Assembly (NCBI GenBank): GCA_964579765.1
Contig: CAZOIK010000131.1
Coordinates: 1-45,019, forward strand
Origin: an uncultured Bifidobacteriaceae bacterium
GTDB lineage: Bacteria > Acidobacteriota > Vicinamibacteria > Vicinamibacterales > CAVVIG01
Reading direction: 5' to 3'
DNA: 45,019 bases
The first letter of the stretch is position 1. Each line of letters begins with the position of its first letter. The position numbers were made by a program, and so were the translations under genes. This document shows, piece after piece, positions 1 to 6,978 of the stretch. Below the pieces are notes generated by a model, which did not search any database, was not told the origin of the DNA, and saw only the letters and a program-made list of their open reading frames with translations.

Positions 1-239
1 TCGTAAGGGTGGTCGACTCCGCCCAACAGGATGGCCTGTTGCGCTCCGGATTCCGCTGCGCTACACCAACGGCACGAAGTCGGGCGGCTCGCCGAGTTGA
101 ACCGCCGCGGCGAACCAGGCCTTCGGCGCGGCGGAACTCACGGCCCTCGACGATTGCGCCACAACTGCATGCAGAAGACTGAAGATGGAGCGGACAGTCC
201 CGGATGCGTTGCAGCAGGCAGACAAGGCAGATGACTCTT

Positions 240-440
240 TCAGGCGTCGAACGGATTGACCCAGAGCACGCCGGTTCGCGCCATGTCCTTGACGTTGCGC
301 GCGGCCAGCGTCAAGCCGTGGACTCTGGCCGTCGCCGCGAGCAGTCCGTCAATGACGGGCACGGATTGCGGGGCGCTCAAACGGCGCCACTCTTCGGCGA
401 CCGCGGGGTCCACGGGGAGCAGGCGAATCGCTGTAGCCGT
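240..440 (-). pseudogene. 3' remnant of a PIN-domain VapC toxin gene (last ~60 codons only)
   Basis: The minus-frame translation ends RLLPVDPAVAEEWRRLSAPQSVPVIDGLLAATARVHGLTLAARNVKDMARTGVLWVNPFDA*. This matches the C-terminal third of VapC/PIN toxins (D-x-LIAATA..HGLTL.TRN..DF..G). The N-terminal two thirds are absent. Similarity stops where GC content drops (~430-445), and the rest of the 149-aa track ORF overlaps the next gene. Confidence 0.6.
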
Positions 441-459
441 TGAATTAGAGGGCCCTGTG

Positions 460-1440
460 CTAGTCATTGAACCGCCATGAAATGAAGTACCTAAAACCAA
501 CACTCGGAGGCTCGATAGAAAAGGCGGCGTTGTGGTTCGTAGCTGAAAACCCATGCCGAACGCGCTCCAGTTCTGCAGTATGAAAGAACCATTCACTCGC
601 CCCCCAGAAGACGCCTGGTGAGAATTCAAGGCGGAGTCTCTCGGGAAATGACACAGTGATGGTGATCGATTCGACCGGCAGATTGGCATCCCACGCGCAG
701 TACTCGTGTTTGAAGGGATCGCCCGCGTACGCTGCAGCGGCGGCTTCGTTCGTCATCAAGATTGCGCGGCTGTAAGTCTCCGTGATCATGTAGTCGAGAG
801 GTGGATCTTGGCTGTTGAGCGGTTCGCCGAAGATCAACTGCCAACGATAGCGCCCGTCTCCGAGAACGTCTTTGGCCTCGTACCGCACGCTCTTTGGAAA
901 AGAAGTGAGCAACGAGAACTCCGGTGGAATCTTCTTGTCTCCGCCAGGCGTCCACATTCCAGTCTTGCCTTCGAGAACCTCCAACGAAATGCCATCACCA
1001 ACGCGGAACCCTTCGATTCGCTGCGTACGGCGCACCGTGCCTTCGTCGTCGAGAATCTCCCAGATTGAAAACGCGTGCTTTGCTTTTAGACCGGACGGCG
1101 TTAAGCCAGGCTCGATGTGTTCGTCGGGGACACTGCGCACGTTCGAGAAGATGAAGGCATAACCCTCACCGTGAACCGTACGAATATATCGCGGCGACTT
1201 TCGCTGATCGCCGAGAACATTCCTAATCTCGTTGATCGCGGTCGTGACGTAACCTTCCTGCGCGTTCTCACCTCCCCATACTTCATCAAGAATGGCAGTG
1301 TTAGAAATCACGCTCGGTCTGTTTCGAACGAGAAGCGCTAACACTTGAACATGCTTCGGGCGCAGTGGCGTGTCGCGACCGCCTTCCTGAAGCGTTCGCA
1401 ACCTTTCGTCAACGTAGAACGCATCAAACCAAAACCGCAT
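460..1440 (-). CDS. Orphan OmpR/PhoB/CadC-type winged-helix DNA-binding protein fused to an uncharacterised ~215-aa C-terminal domain
   Basis: 326-aa ORF. The N-terminal ~100 aa (RFWFDAFYVDERLRTLQEGGRDTPLRPKHVQVLALLVRNRPSVISNTAILDEVWGG..YVTTAINEIRNVLGD..YIRTVHGEGYAF) carry the winged-helix effector-domain signature. There is no receiver domain and no TM segment. The beta-rich remainder has no motif I recognise. The gene lies in the lowest-GC patch of the window (hand count about half G+C at 481-600). Confidence 0.75.
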   Translation of the reverse strand: MRFWFDAFYVDERLRTLQEGGRDTPLRPKHVQVLALLVRNRPSVISNTAILDEVWGGENAQEGYVTTAINEIRNVLGDQRKSPRYIRTVHGEGYAFIFSNVRSVPDEHIEPGLTPSGLKAKHAFSIWEILDDEGTVRRTQRIEGFRVGDGISLEVLEGKTGMWTPGGDKKIPPEFSLLTSFPKSVRYEAKDVLGDGRYRWQLIFGEPLNSQDPPLDYMITETYSRAILMTNEAAAAAYAGDPFKHEYCAWDANLPVESITITVSFPERLRLEFSPGVFWGASEWFFHTAELERVRHGFSATNHNAAFSIEPPSVGFRYFISWRFND

Positions 1441-1520
1441 GGGATGTACACCTGTCCGTGTGGCCGTGATGAGTGACCGTAAAGTCGCCTACCGCAAGTA
1501 CTAAGAGTTGTTGAGGAAAC

Positions 1521-1547
1521 GCTGAGGATTCGAACTCGGCGACTTGC
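1521..1547 (-). other. tRNA T-arm-like remnant (possible degenerate att repeat)
   Basis: gctgaggattcgaactcggcgacttgc resembles, in the same orientation, ggggttcgaacccgcgacttcc of the tRNA-His 3' half at 6903-6924 (shared ttcgaac and gcgactt). It does not fold as a canonical T-arm: 8-nt loop and an A.C mismatch on the minus strand. Confidence 0.25.
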
Positions 1548-1573
1548 TAACGTCACCTCCGCCGATGGAATGA

Positions 1574-1595
1574 CGCCGACGATTTCTCGTCGGCG
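1574..1595. repeat. Perfect 9-bp inverted repeat (cgccgacga-tttc-tcgtcggcg) at the head of the island operon; candidate oriT or operator
   Basis: Read directly from the sequence. It lies in the 220-bp divergent intergenic region between the wHTH gene and the first operon gene. No T-run follows on either strand, so it is not a classical terminator. Confidence 0.5.
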
Positions 1596-1660
1596 CCGCC
1601 GGCAGCAGTTGGGGCGGTGGTAGCACACCGCGTTCCAACGCTAATGCCATAGGAGGGCCT

Positions 1661-2023
1661 ATGACGCCAGCTTGCTGCGAGGCGGCCAACGCACCGTCAC
1701 GCGATAGTCGCCCAACAACATCTAGATCCTACGCCTCTGATCATTGGCGTCAAGCATTCGACGCTCGGGACGTCATCGTTCTGGCACGCGAAAAGCTCAG
1801 CGATCTCCGAGCCGCCGGACTGACTGAGGCTGGTCTCTTCGCTCGTGTCCAGCGACTCATCGTTCGCGCAACTGACCGTGATGAACAGTCGAGACGAGAA
1901 TGGCTCGAAATCATTGACGAGGAAGACAGCGTAACCAACATTCCAGACCTCGTCGATGAGGACCCGTTCTCGAATGCCCGATTTGACGACGACGGTTGCC
2001 CGAACCATTCACCGGAGGAGTGA
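1661..2023 (+). CDS. Hypothetical protein with a strongly acidic C-terminal half
   Basis: ATG is preceded by AGGAGGG at a 3-nt spacing. 120 aa. The C-terminal ~50 aa (EWLEIIDEEDSVTNIPDLVDEDPFSNARFDDDGCPNHSPEE) are rich in D/E. I recognise no family. A 103-aa antisense ORF (1697-2008) lacks an RBS. Confidence 0.55.
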   Translation: MTPACCEAANAPSRDSRPTTSRSYASDHWRQAFDARDVIVLAREKLSDLRAAGLTEAGLFARVQRLIVRATDRDEQSRREWLEIIDEEDSVTNIPDLVDEDPFSNARFDDDGCPNHSPEE

Positions 2024-2028
2024 ATCGC

Positions 2029-2880
2029 ATGCTCGAAGTCTCGCAATGCGCCGTATGCGGACAGAACTTCACCTGGTCGCATGCTGAATCATCTACGCCG
2101 CCGACCTGCTGCCCGGACCATCGAGGCGTGGCGGCAACATCGGCAACGGCCGCATCGCTGTCGCGCCGTTTGCCGACATCGACATCGCTCGCGAATTTCC
2201 CCAACCTGCAGCAGCTGCTGGCGGGCGATGACCTGAAGCAGCTTTTGGCGGAGGCATCCCGCCCGATTGAACACCGCTCACGCACATTCCTCGAGTGGTT
2301 CAACGACGTCGACATCATCAACCAACAGGTCCAAGAGAAGTTCGCCGCCGGCGACACCTTGCAATCGTTCATGGAACAGCGTTTGACTCTATTCGACACG
2401 CTCGCCAAGGCCGCGCGACGGGTAGAGGACTTCCAGCACGAACGTCTGGAAGCCGAGCTGAAGACGCTCACACTCGAAGACGAAATCAACGAGGAGCTCG
2501 CGTTGCGGAGCATCCGCGTCGCAACGAAGGTCGCTCGGGCGGTGGCGGAGTACCAGAAGGCGCTGCAGCCTGACCGATCGGGCGAGGTGCGCCAGGAGTC
2601 GGCGCCAGCGCCCAAGCGCCAGAAGCCCGCCAAGACTGAACGCGAACGCGTCCTCGATGACGTCCGGCGCGACCGCAAGGCGCGCGTGCACGCCGCCGAC
2701 GACATGATGCGCGACTTCCTGCGGGAGATCGACATCGCCGCCGGCTGCCGGGCGAGCATCCATGAGCGCGCGTTGCGTATTCGCGTGCTCATGGACGTGT
2801 TCGAGCAGGACGAAGAGAGCCTCCCTGGGAGTGCCCGCTGGATCCTGCATGTCGCAGAACGGGAGCGCGATGCATCGTGA
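2029..2880 (+). CDS. Hypothetical protein with an N-terminal CxxC...CCxxH zinc-ribbon-like motif, a coiled-coil centre and a basic patch
   Basis: ATG 2029 follows GGAGGAG at an 8-nt spacing. The sequence reads MLEVSQCAVCGQNFTW..PPTCCPDH, then heptad-like EDFQHERLEAELKTLTLEDEINEEL, then KRQKPAKTERER. Its stop overlaps the next start (ATGCATCGTGA). Confidence 0.65.
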   Translation: MLEVSQCAVCGQNFTWSHAESSTPPTCCPDHRGVAATSATAASLSRRLPTSTSLANFPNLQQLLAGDDLKQLLAEASRPIEHRSRTFLEWFNDVDIINQQVQEKFAAGDTLQSFMEQRLTLFDTLAKAARRVEDFQHERLEAELKTLTLEDEINEELALRSIRVATKVARAVAEYQKALQPDRSGEVRQESAPAPKRQKPAKTERERVLDDVRRDRKARVHAADDMMRDFLREIDIAAGCRASIHERALRIRVLMDVFEQDEESLPGSARWILHVAERERDAS

Positions 2881-4633
2881 GGCGCTCCGTCTCATGGCGC
2901 ATCTGCAGAAGCACGTGCACGTCGGGGCGGCGCCCGACGGCCGGGACGTGTTCCTGCCGCTTGCCGAACTGAAACGCACGTCGATGCACATCATCGGCGC
3001 CGCCGGCTACGGGAAGTCCTATTTTCTGCGCAACCTCATGCGGCACTTCCTCAGATTCGGCCAGCCGTTCGCCCTCATCGATCCGCACCGCGAGTTGTTC
3101 GACTTCGCGGTCGCCGCCGTACGGCGTTCGTCGATTGCCAAGAGCAGGGTCACGATCATCGACCCGGGCGATGGCGACTACGCGGTCGCCTTCAATCCGC
3201 TCGCCTGCGGCGTGGACGATCCGGGCGAAGCGTCCAGTCTGGTGCTTGAAGCCGTGCTCAAGGCATGGGGCGCGGCGTCGTTCGATCAAACACCCCGGAT
3301 GGAAGGGTTGCTCCGCGGTGTGTTCCGCCTGCTCGTAGAGAATCAGCTCACGCTGCTCGAAGGCCCGCAAGTGCTGGACATCGACAACGTTGCGCTGCGG
3401 CGCACGCTGGCGGCACGCGTGTCCGATCCGTGGGTGCGCGAGGACTTCGAGGCCTTCGAGAAGTGGCCGCGCAACGAGAAGAGCGCGATTGTCGAGAGCA
3501 GTCGCAATCGGCTCCGCCGCTTCCTGCAGTCGGAATCCGTGCGCCGGATGCTCGGGCAACAGCAGCGCGCGCTGAACATGCAGGCACTGATGGACAGCGG
3601 CGGCGTGCTGCTGGCGAACGTTGGCAACACCAAGACGCCGGAAGTGAAGCGCCTGCTCGGCGCACTCCTCGTCAACGCGATCTTCCATGCGGGCAAGCAG
3701 CGCGATCCGAAACGTCGCCGCGACTTCTTCGTGATCGTCGATGAGTGCGGGCAGTTCGCTACGTCCGACCTCGCTAACTCGCTCGACGAGCTCCGCAAGT
3801 TCGGTGTCCACTTTGTTCTGGCTCATCAGCGGCTTCGACAACTTGAGCGCGAGGACGGCGACGTCTTGTCGAGCGTGATGACGAACGCGAAGATCAAAAT
3901 CGTGTTCGGCGGCCTCGAGCGGCCTGAAGCCGAGCGCATGGCTCGCGACCTGTTCACCGGCGCCGTCGACGGCGACGAGGTGAAGCACATCGCGATGCAG
4001 ACGAAGTTCCGCCCGATCGACAGCACGTTCGAGGTGCAGAACGAGTCGTGGTCGGAATCCGGAGGCAGCTCTGAAACGTCGGGGCGGTCGACGTCGGCGT
4101 CGGTGAGTAGTTCCGAGTCCGAGACGGCCAGCTATCGCGGCGAGGGCATCGTCCTCGGGTCGCCGAACGAGCTGGACACGTGGTCGCGGACGAACGGCTC
4201 GTCGAATGCGCTCGTGGAGGGCAGCTCGTCGTCACGTGTGTCGTCGCAGGCGTCGGGCTCGAGCGGTAGCCGTTCGGTCGTGCCCGTCACGCTGCACGAG
4301 GAGTTCGTGGAGGAGACCGGCCGCACCTTCTATTCCTTGGAGGAGCAGTGGGAAAGACGAATCTCGCTAGTCCATGGCTTGGCCAAGCGCGAGGTGTTCG
4401 TCAAAATCCATAACAGCGAGCCGATCCGCTTCCGCACCGTCGACGTCCCGGAGTTCAGGGACGAACGCCAGACCGAGCAGTTCAAGACGACGATCCTGTC
4501 GAGGAGCCCGCACGTTCAGGCCACCGCTGCCGTGGACCGAGAAATCCGGGAGCGTCAGCGCGCGTTGGACGCGCGCGTCGAGGCAGCGGAGGAAGACGGC
4601 CGGCCGTTCGCCATAAGGACATTTCGGGAGTGA
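2870..4633 (+). CDS. Soluble P-loop ATPase of the TraD/VirD4/HerA-FtsK type (DNA-transfer/coupling-protein-like) with a Ser-rich insert
   Basis: Walker A is HIIGAAGYGKSYF, followed by ALIDPHRELF. Walker B is FFVIVDECGQF. LDELRKFGVHFVLAHQRLRQL..NAKIKIVFGG resembles the TraM-recognition/TrwB-type C-terminal ATPase core. No N-terminal TM helices. GGGAG RBS lies upstream of ATG 2870; the track ORF starts at 2762. Confidence 0.8.
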   Translation: MHREALRLMAHLQKHVHVGAAPDGRDVFLPLAELKRTSMHIIGAAGYGKSYFLRNLMRHFLRFGQPFALIDPHRELFDFAVAAVRRSSIAKSRVTIIDPGDGDYAVAFNPLACGVDDPGEASSLVLEAVLKAWGAASFDQTPRMEGLLRGVFRLLVENQLTLLEGPQVLDIDNVALRRTLAARVSDPWVREDFEAFEKWPRNEKSAIVESSRNRLRRFLQSESVRRMLGQQQRALNMQALMDSGGVLLANVGNTKTPEVKRLLGALLVNAIFHAGKQRDPKRRRDFFVIVDECGQFATSDLANSLDELRKFGVHFVLAHQRLRQLEREDGDVLSSVMTNAKIKIVFGGLERPEAERMARDLFTGAVDGDEVKHIAMQTKFRPIDSTFEVQNESWSESGGSSETSGRSTSASVSSSESETASYRGEGIVLGSPNELDTWSRTNGSSNALVEGSSSSRVSSQASGSSGSRSVVPVTLHEEFVEETGRTFYSLEEQWERRISLVHGLAKREVFVKIHNSEPIRFRTVDVPEFRDERQTEQFKTTILSRSPHVQATAAVDREIRERQRALDARVEAAEEDGRPFAIRTFRE

Positions 4634-5520
4634 GCATGCCGACTCCAGACCCCCACCTGCCTCGGTTCGTCCGGCACCGCTTCCGCAAGCCGCCGTTCGT
4701 CCTGCAGGCACGCGACACGGAGATTGTCCGGCTCGTCGAGCAGCATCGCGTGATCACGTCGGACAACGTGCGGCTGCTCGTCGGCGGCTCCGGCCAAAAC
4801 GTGCTCCGGCGGCTCCAGAAGCTGTTTCACGCCGGCTACCTTGACCGGCCGCGCAGTCAACGCACGTTCGGCAACCTGCCCTTCGCGTATGCGCTCGGCC
4901 AGCGGGGCGCCGAGCTGCTGGCCGGCCCTGACGGACGGAAGCCGACGGTCGATTGGAGCGAGAAGAACCGCCAGCTGACCGTCCACTACCTGCACCACGC
5001 GCTCATGGTGAGCGAATTCCAAACGGCCCTCCGGCACGCCGCCGCCGCGAGCGGCACGATTCGTCTTGAACACTGGCTACCCGATGGCATCATTCGGGAG
5101 GCCGCTTGGATCCATCAGGATGGCCGCCGCACGCGTGTGCCGGTCTCTCCCGACGCCGTATTCGTCCTGAACAGCCTCGACTCGCGCCAGGCCGGTCGCG
5201 TCTGCGGCGTACTCGAGGCCGACCGCGGCACCATGACCGTGGCGCGGTTCACGCTGAAGCTCGCCGGGTACTTCGCGTGGTGGCGATCGGGCGAGGCCGA
5301 GAGGCGCCTCGGGTTCAGGAACTTTCTCGTCGCGACGGTCGCCCGGACGGACGAACGCGCCGAGCACTTGCGCGCGGCGGCGCGCGCCGTCAGCAACAAA
5401 GGTCTCCGCATGTTTGTGTTCTGTTCCGAGGGCGCGTACGCGCCGGTGCCGCGCGCTGCAGTGTTTCAGCCGATCTGGAAGACGCCGGCGGACACCGCAC
5501 TGCATTCGTTGCTCGAATAG
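4630..5520 (+). CDS. Replication-relaxation family-like protein (putative)
   Basis: GTG 4630 overlaps the upstream TGA (GTGA); an alternative ATG is at 4636. The N-terminal winged-helix-like segment LQARDTEIVRLVEQHRVITSDNVRLLVGGSGQNVLRRLQKLFHAGYLDR is typical, from memory, of Replic_Relax proteins that follow TraD-like ATPases in small islands. Confidence 0.6.
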   Translation: MSMPTPDPHLPRFVRHRFRKPPFVLQARDTEIVRLVEQHRVITSDNVRLLVGGSGQNVLRRLQKLFHAGYLDRPRSQRTFGNLPFAYALGQRGAELLAGPDGRKPTVDWSEKNRQLTVHYLHHALMVSEFQTALRHAAAASGTIRLEHWLPDGIIREAAWIHQDGRRTRVPVSPDAVFVLNSLDSRQAGRVCGVLEADRGTMTVARFTLKLAGYFAWWRSGEAERRLGFRNFLVATVARTDERAEHLRAAARAVSNKGLRMFVFCSEGAYAPVPRAAVFQPIWKTPADTALHSLLE

Positions 5521-5528
5521 GAGTCGTT

Positions 5529-5765
5529 GTGCGCAATCGTTCGGAATTGAACGGTGCAGCAGTTCTAACGCCGCCGCATCTGCTTACGCCCGGTGAAGTG
5601 GCCGAGCTGCTTCGTACGTCGCGCAAGGCGATCTATGCGATGGTCGAGCGGGGACAACTCCCCGGCGTCGTCCGCATCGGACGACGGGTACTCATTCGCG
5701 ACGACCTTCTGCTAGAGTGGCTCCGCCAGAAGACGACGCCCTCACTGGAGAGGCAGACACAGTGA
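5529..5765 (+). CDS. Excisionase/MerR-type helix-turn-helix DNA-binding protein
   Basis: LLTPGEVAELLRTSRKAIYAMVERGQLPGVVRIGRRVLIRDDLLLEWL is the excisionase-family HTH pattern. GTG 5529 is in frame within track ORF 5106-5765. The gene lies immediately upstream of the integrase. Confidence 0.75.
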   Translation: MRNRSELNGAAVLTPPHLLTPGEVAELLRTSRKAIYAMVERGQLPGVVRIGRRVLIRDDLLLEWLRQKTTPSLERQTQ

Positions 5766-6853
5766 TGGTGAGAGTCGTACCGTACAAGAAGGGCGGCTGG
5801 ATGATCGACGTGCGCACGCGCTTTCATGACGGCTCGCGTTTTCGTGAGCGCCGCGTGCTGTTCACGTCGAAATCGGCCGCGCAGCGATGGGGCGAAGAGC
5901 GCGAGCGGCATCTGCTCGTGCACGGCGCTCCGGTCCCGAAGAAGGAGGTGCCAACGCTCAGTGAATTCGCTCCGCGTTTTATCGAAGGACACGCACAGGC
6001 CAACCGGCAGAAGCCGAGCACCATTGCGGCGAAGGAGAACATCCTGAAGGTGCATCTGCTGCCGCTGCTTGGCACGCATCGACTGGATCGGGTCACGAAC
6101 GAGGACGTCCAGATGGTCAAGGCGAAGTTGCAGGACCGGTCGCCAAAGACCGTCAACAACGTGCTTGGCGTGTTGAGCGTCGTTCTTCGGAAAGCGGTGG
6201 AGTGGAACGTGCTCGAACGGGTGCCGTGCACGATTCGACTGTTGCCGACACCGAAACCGAAGATCCGTTTCTATGACTTCGGCGAGTACGACCGACTGCT
6301 GGACGCGGCGAAAGCGGCACGCGATCCGCAGGCGCTGGTCGTTGCGTTGCTGGCAGGGGATGCGGGGTTGCGGCGCGGGGAGATCGCGGCGCTCGAATGG
6401 GCCGATGTCGATCTCGAGCGTCGTCAGATTTGCGTGCAGCGGTCGGATTGGAACGGCCACGTGACGGCCCCGAAGGGTGGCCGCCTGCGACACGTGCCGA
6501 TGACGCTCCGCCTCGCGTCGGCGGTGCGTAAACATCGACATCTCCGGTCGAATCTCGTGTTGTGCACGTCGGATGGAGAATCGCTCACGCCGAAAATGGT
6601 GACGGACTACGTCCGTCGCGCGGCCCGGCGGGCGCATCTGGTGAATGCCGGCATTCACATCCTGCGCCACACGTTCTGCTCGCATCTCGCGATGCGCGGA
6701 GCGCCGGCAAGAGCGATTCAGGAGCTTGCGGGGCACCAGGACATCGGCACGACGCAACGCTATATGCACCTGAGTCCGGCGGCGCTCGATGCAGCAATCC
6801 GACTGCTGGAGATGCCCGACGGCCGGGGCAACATCGGGGCAATGCCGTCGTAG
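5765..6853 (+). CDS. Tyrosine-type site-specific integrase
   Basis: Catalytic signature: AGLRRGEIAALEW (Arg I), HILRHTFCSHLAMRG (HxxR) and LAGHQDIGTTQRYMH (nucleophile Tyr). ATG 5765 overlaps the xis stop (ATGA); an alternative upstream ATG is at 5717. The gene is adjacent to tRNA-His. Confidence 0.9.
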   Translation: MVRVVPYKKGGWMIDVRTRFHDGSRFRERRVLFTSKSAAQRWGEERERHLLVHGAPVPKKEVPTLSEFAPRFIEGHAQANRQKPSTIAAKENILKVHLLPLLGTHRLDRVTNEDVQMVKAKLQDRSPKTVNNVLGVLSVVLRKAVEWNVLERVPCTIRLLPTPKPKIRFYDFGEYDRLLDAAKAARDPQALVVALLAGDAGLRRGEIAALEWADVDLERRQICVQRSDWNGHVTAPKGGRLRHVPMTLRLASAVRKHRHLRSNLVLCTSDGESLTPKMVTDYVRRAARRAHLVNAGIHILRHTFCSHLAMRGAPARAIQELAGHQDIGTTQRYMHLSPAALDAAIRLLEMPDGRGNIGAMPS

Positions 6854-6888
6854 CCCTGATCGATTTACTGCTGATGCAAGTAGTTGGG

Positions 6889-6964
6889 TGGGGTGGGTAA
6901 CGGGGTTCGAACCCGCGACTTCCGGAGCCACAGTCCGGCGCTCTACCGCTGAGCTATACCCACC
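6889..6964 (-). tRNA. tRNA-His (anticodon GTG)
   Basis: Minus-strand fold: G(-1), acceptor GTGGGTA/TACCCAC, D-arm GCTC-AGCGGTA-GAGC, anticodon arm CCGGA-CTGTGGC-TCCGG, variable AAGTC, T-arm GCGGG-TTCGAAC-CCCGT, discriminator C, encoded CCA. Confidence 0.9.
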
Positions 6965-6978
6965 ACAAATTGCGAATT

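Larger units (their letters stand above)
441..6888 (+). mobile_element. tRNA-His-associated integrative island. The core int/xis/rep/ATPase element is ~1500-6888; a lower-GC left arm spans 441-1500.
   Basis: The integrase gene ends 35 nt from the 3' end of tRNA-His. Six co-directional genes have overlapping stops and starts. GC is visibly lower than in the flanks. The left edge coincides with the truncation point of vapC. No exact att direct repeat was found by eye, so the boundaries are approximate. Confidence 0.7.

Noticed and set aside
1-85. Possible tRNA gene at the window start (D-arm-like ggtgtagcgcagcgg on the minus strand, T-loop-like ggtcgactcc on the plus strand)
   Set aside because: The D-arm-like and T-arm-like parts favour opposite strands. 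No anticodon arm has a 7-nt loop (the aacagg/cctgtt stem closes a 4-nt loop). No complementary acceptor stem can be drawn. At best it is a scrambled remnant.
223-235. caaggcagatgac resembles, from memory, part of the 3' strand of bacterial 4.5S/SRP RNA
   Set aside because: The hallmark SRP domain IV context (GGUCCGGAAGGAAGCAGC with a GNRA tetraloop) is absent upstream, and no complementary 5' strand is present. A 13-nt match alone is compatible with chance.
1697-2008. 103-aa minus-strand ORF with a fairly protein-like translation inside the island
   Set aside because: No Shine-Dalgarno site (the upstream sequence is the complement of the plus-strand RBS). It fully overlaps the plus-strand ORF, which has a strong AGGAGGG RBS and fits the co-directional operon. 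I cannot exclude it completely.
4040-4290. Possible tandem DNA repeat or CRISPR-like periodicity in the Ser-rich region
   Set aside because: The repetition is at the amino-acid composition level only. Codons vary and no unit repeat or spacer structure exists. No CRISPR array was seen anywhere in the window.
5633-6931. 432-aa minus ORF antisense to the integrase and running into the tRNA
   Set aside because: The plus frame has the full tyrosine-recombinase catalytic signature. The minus ORF overlaps the tRNA-His gene and has shadow composition.
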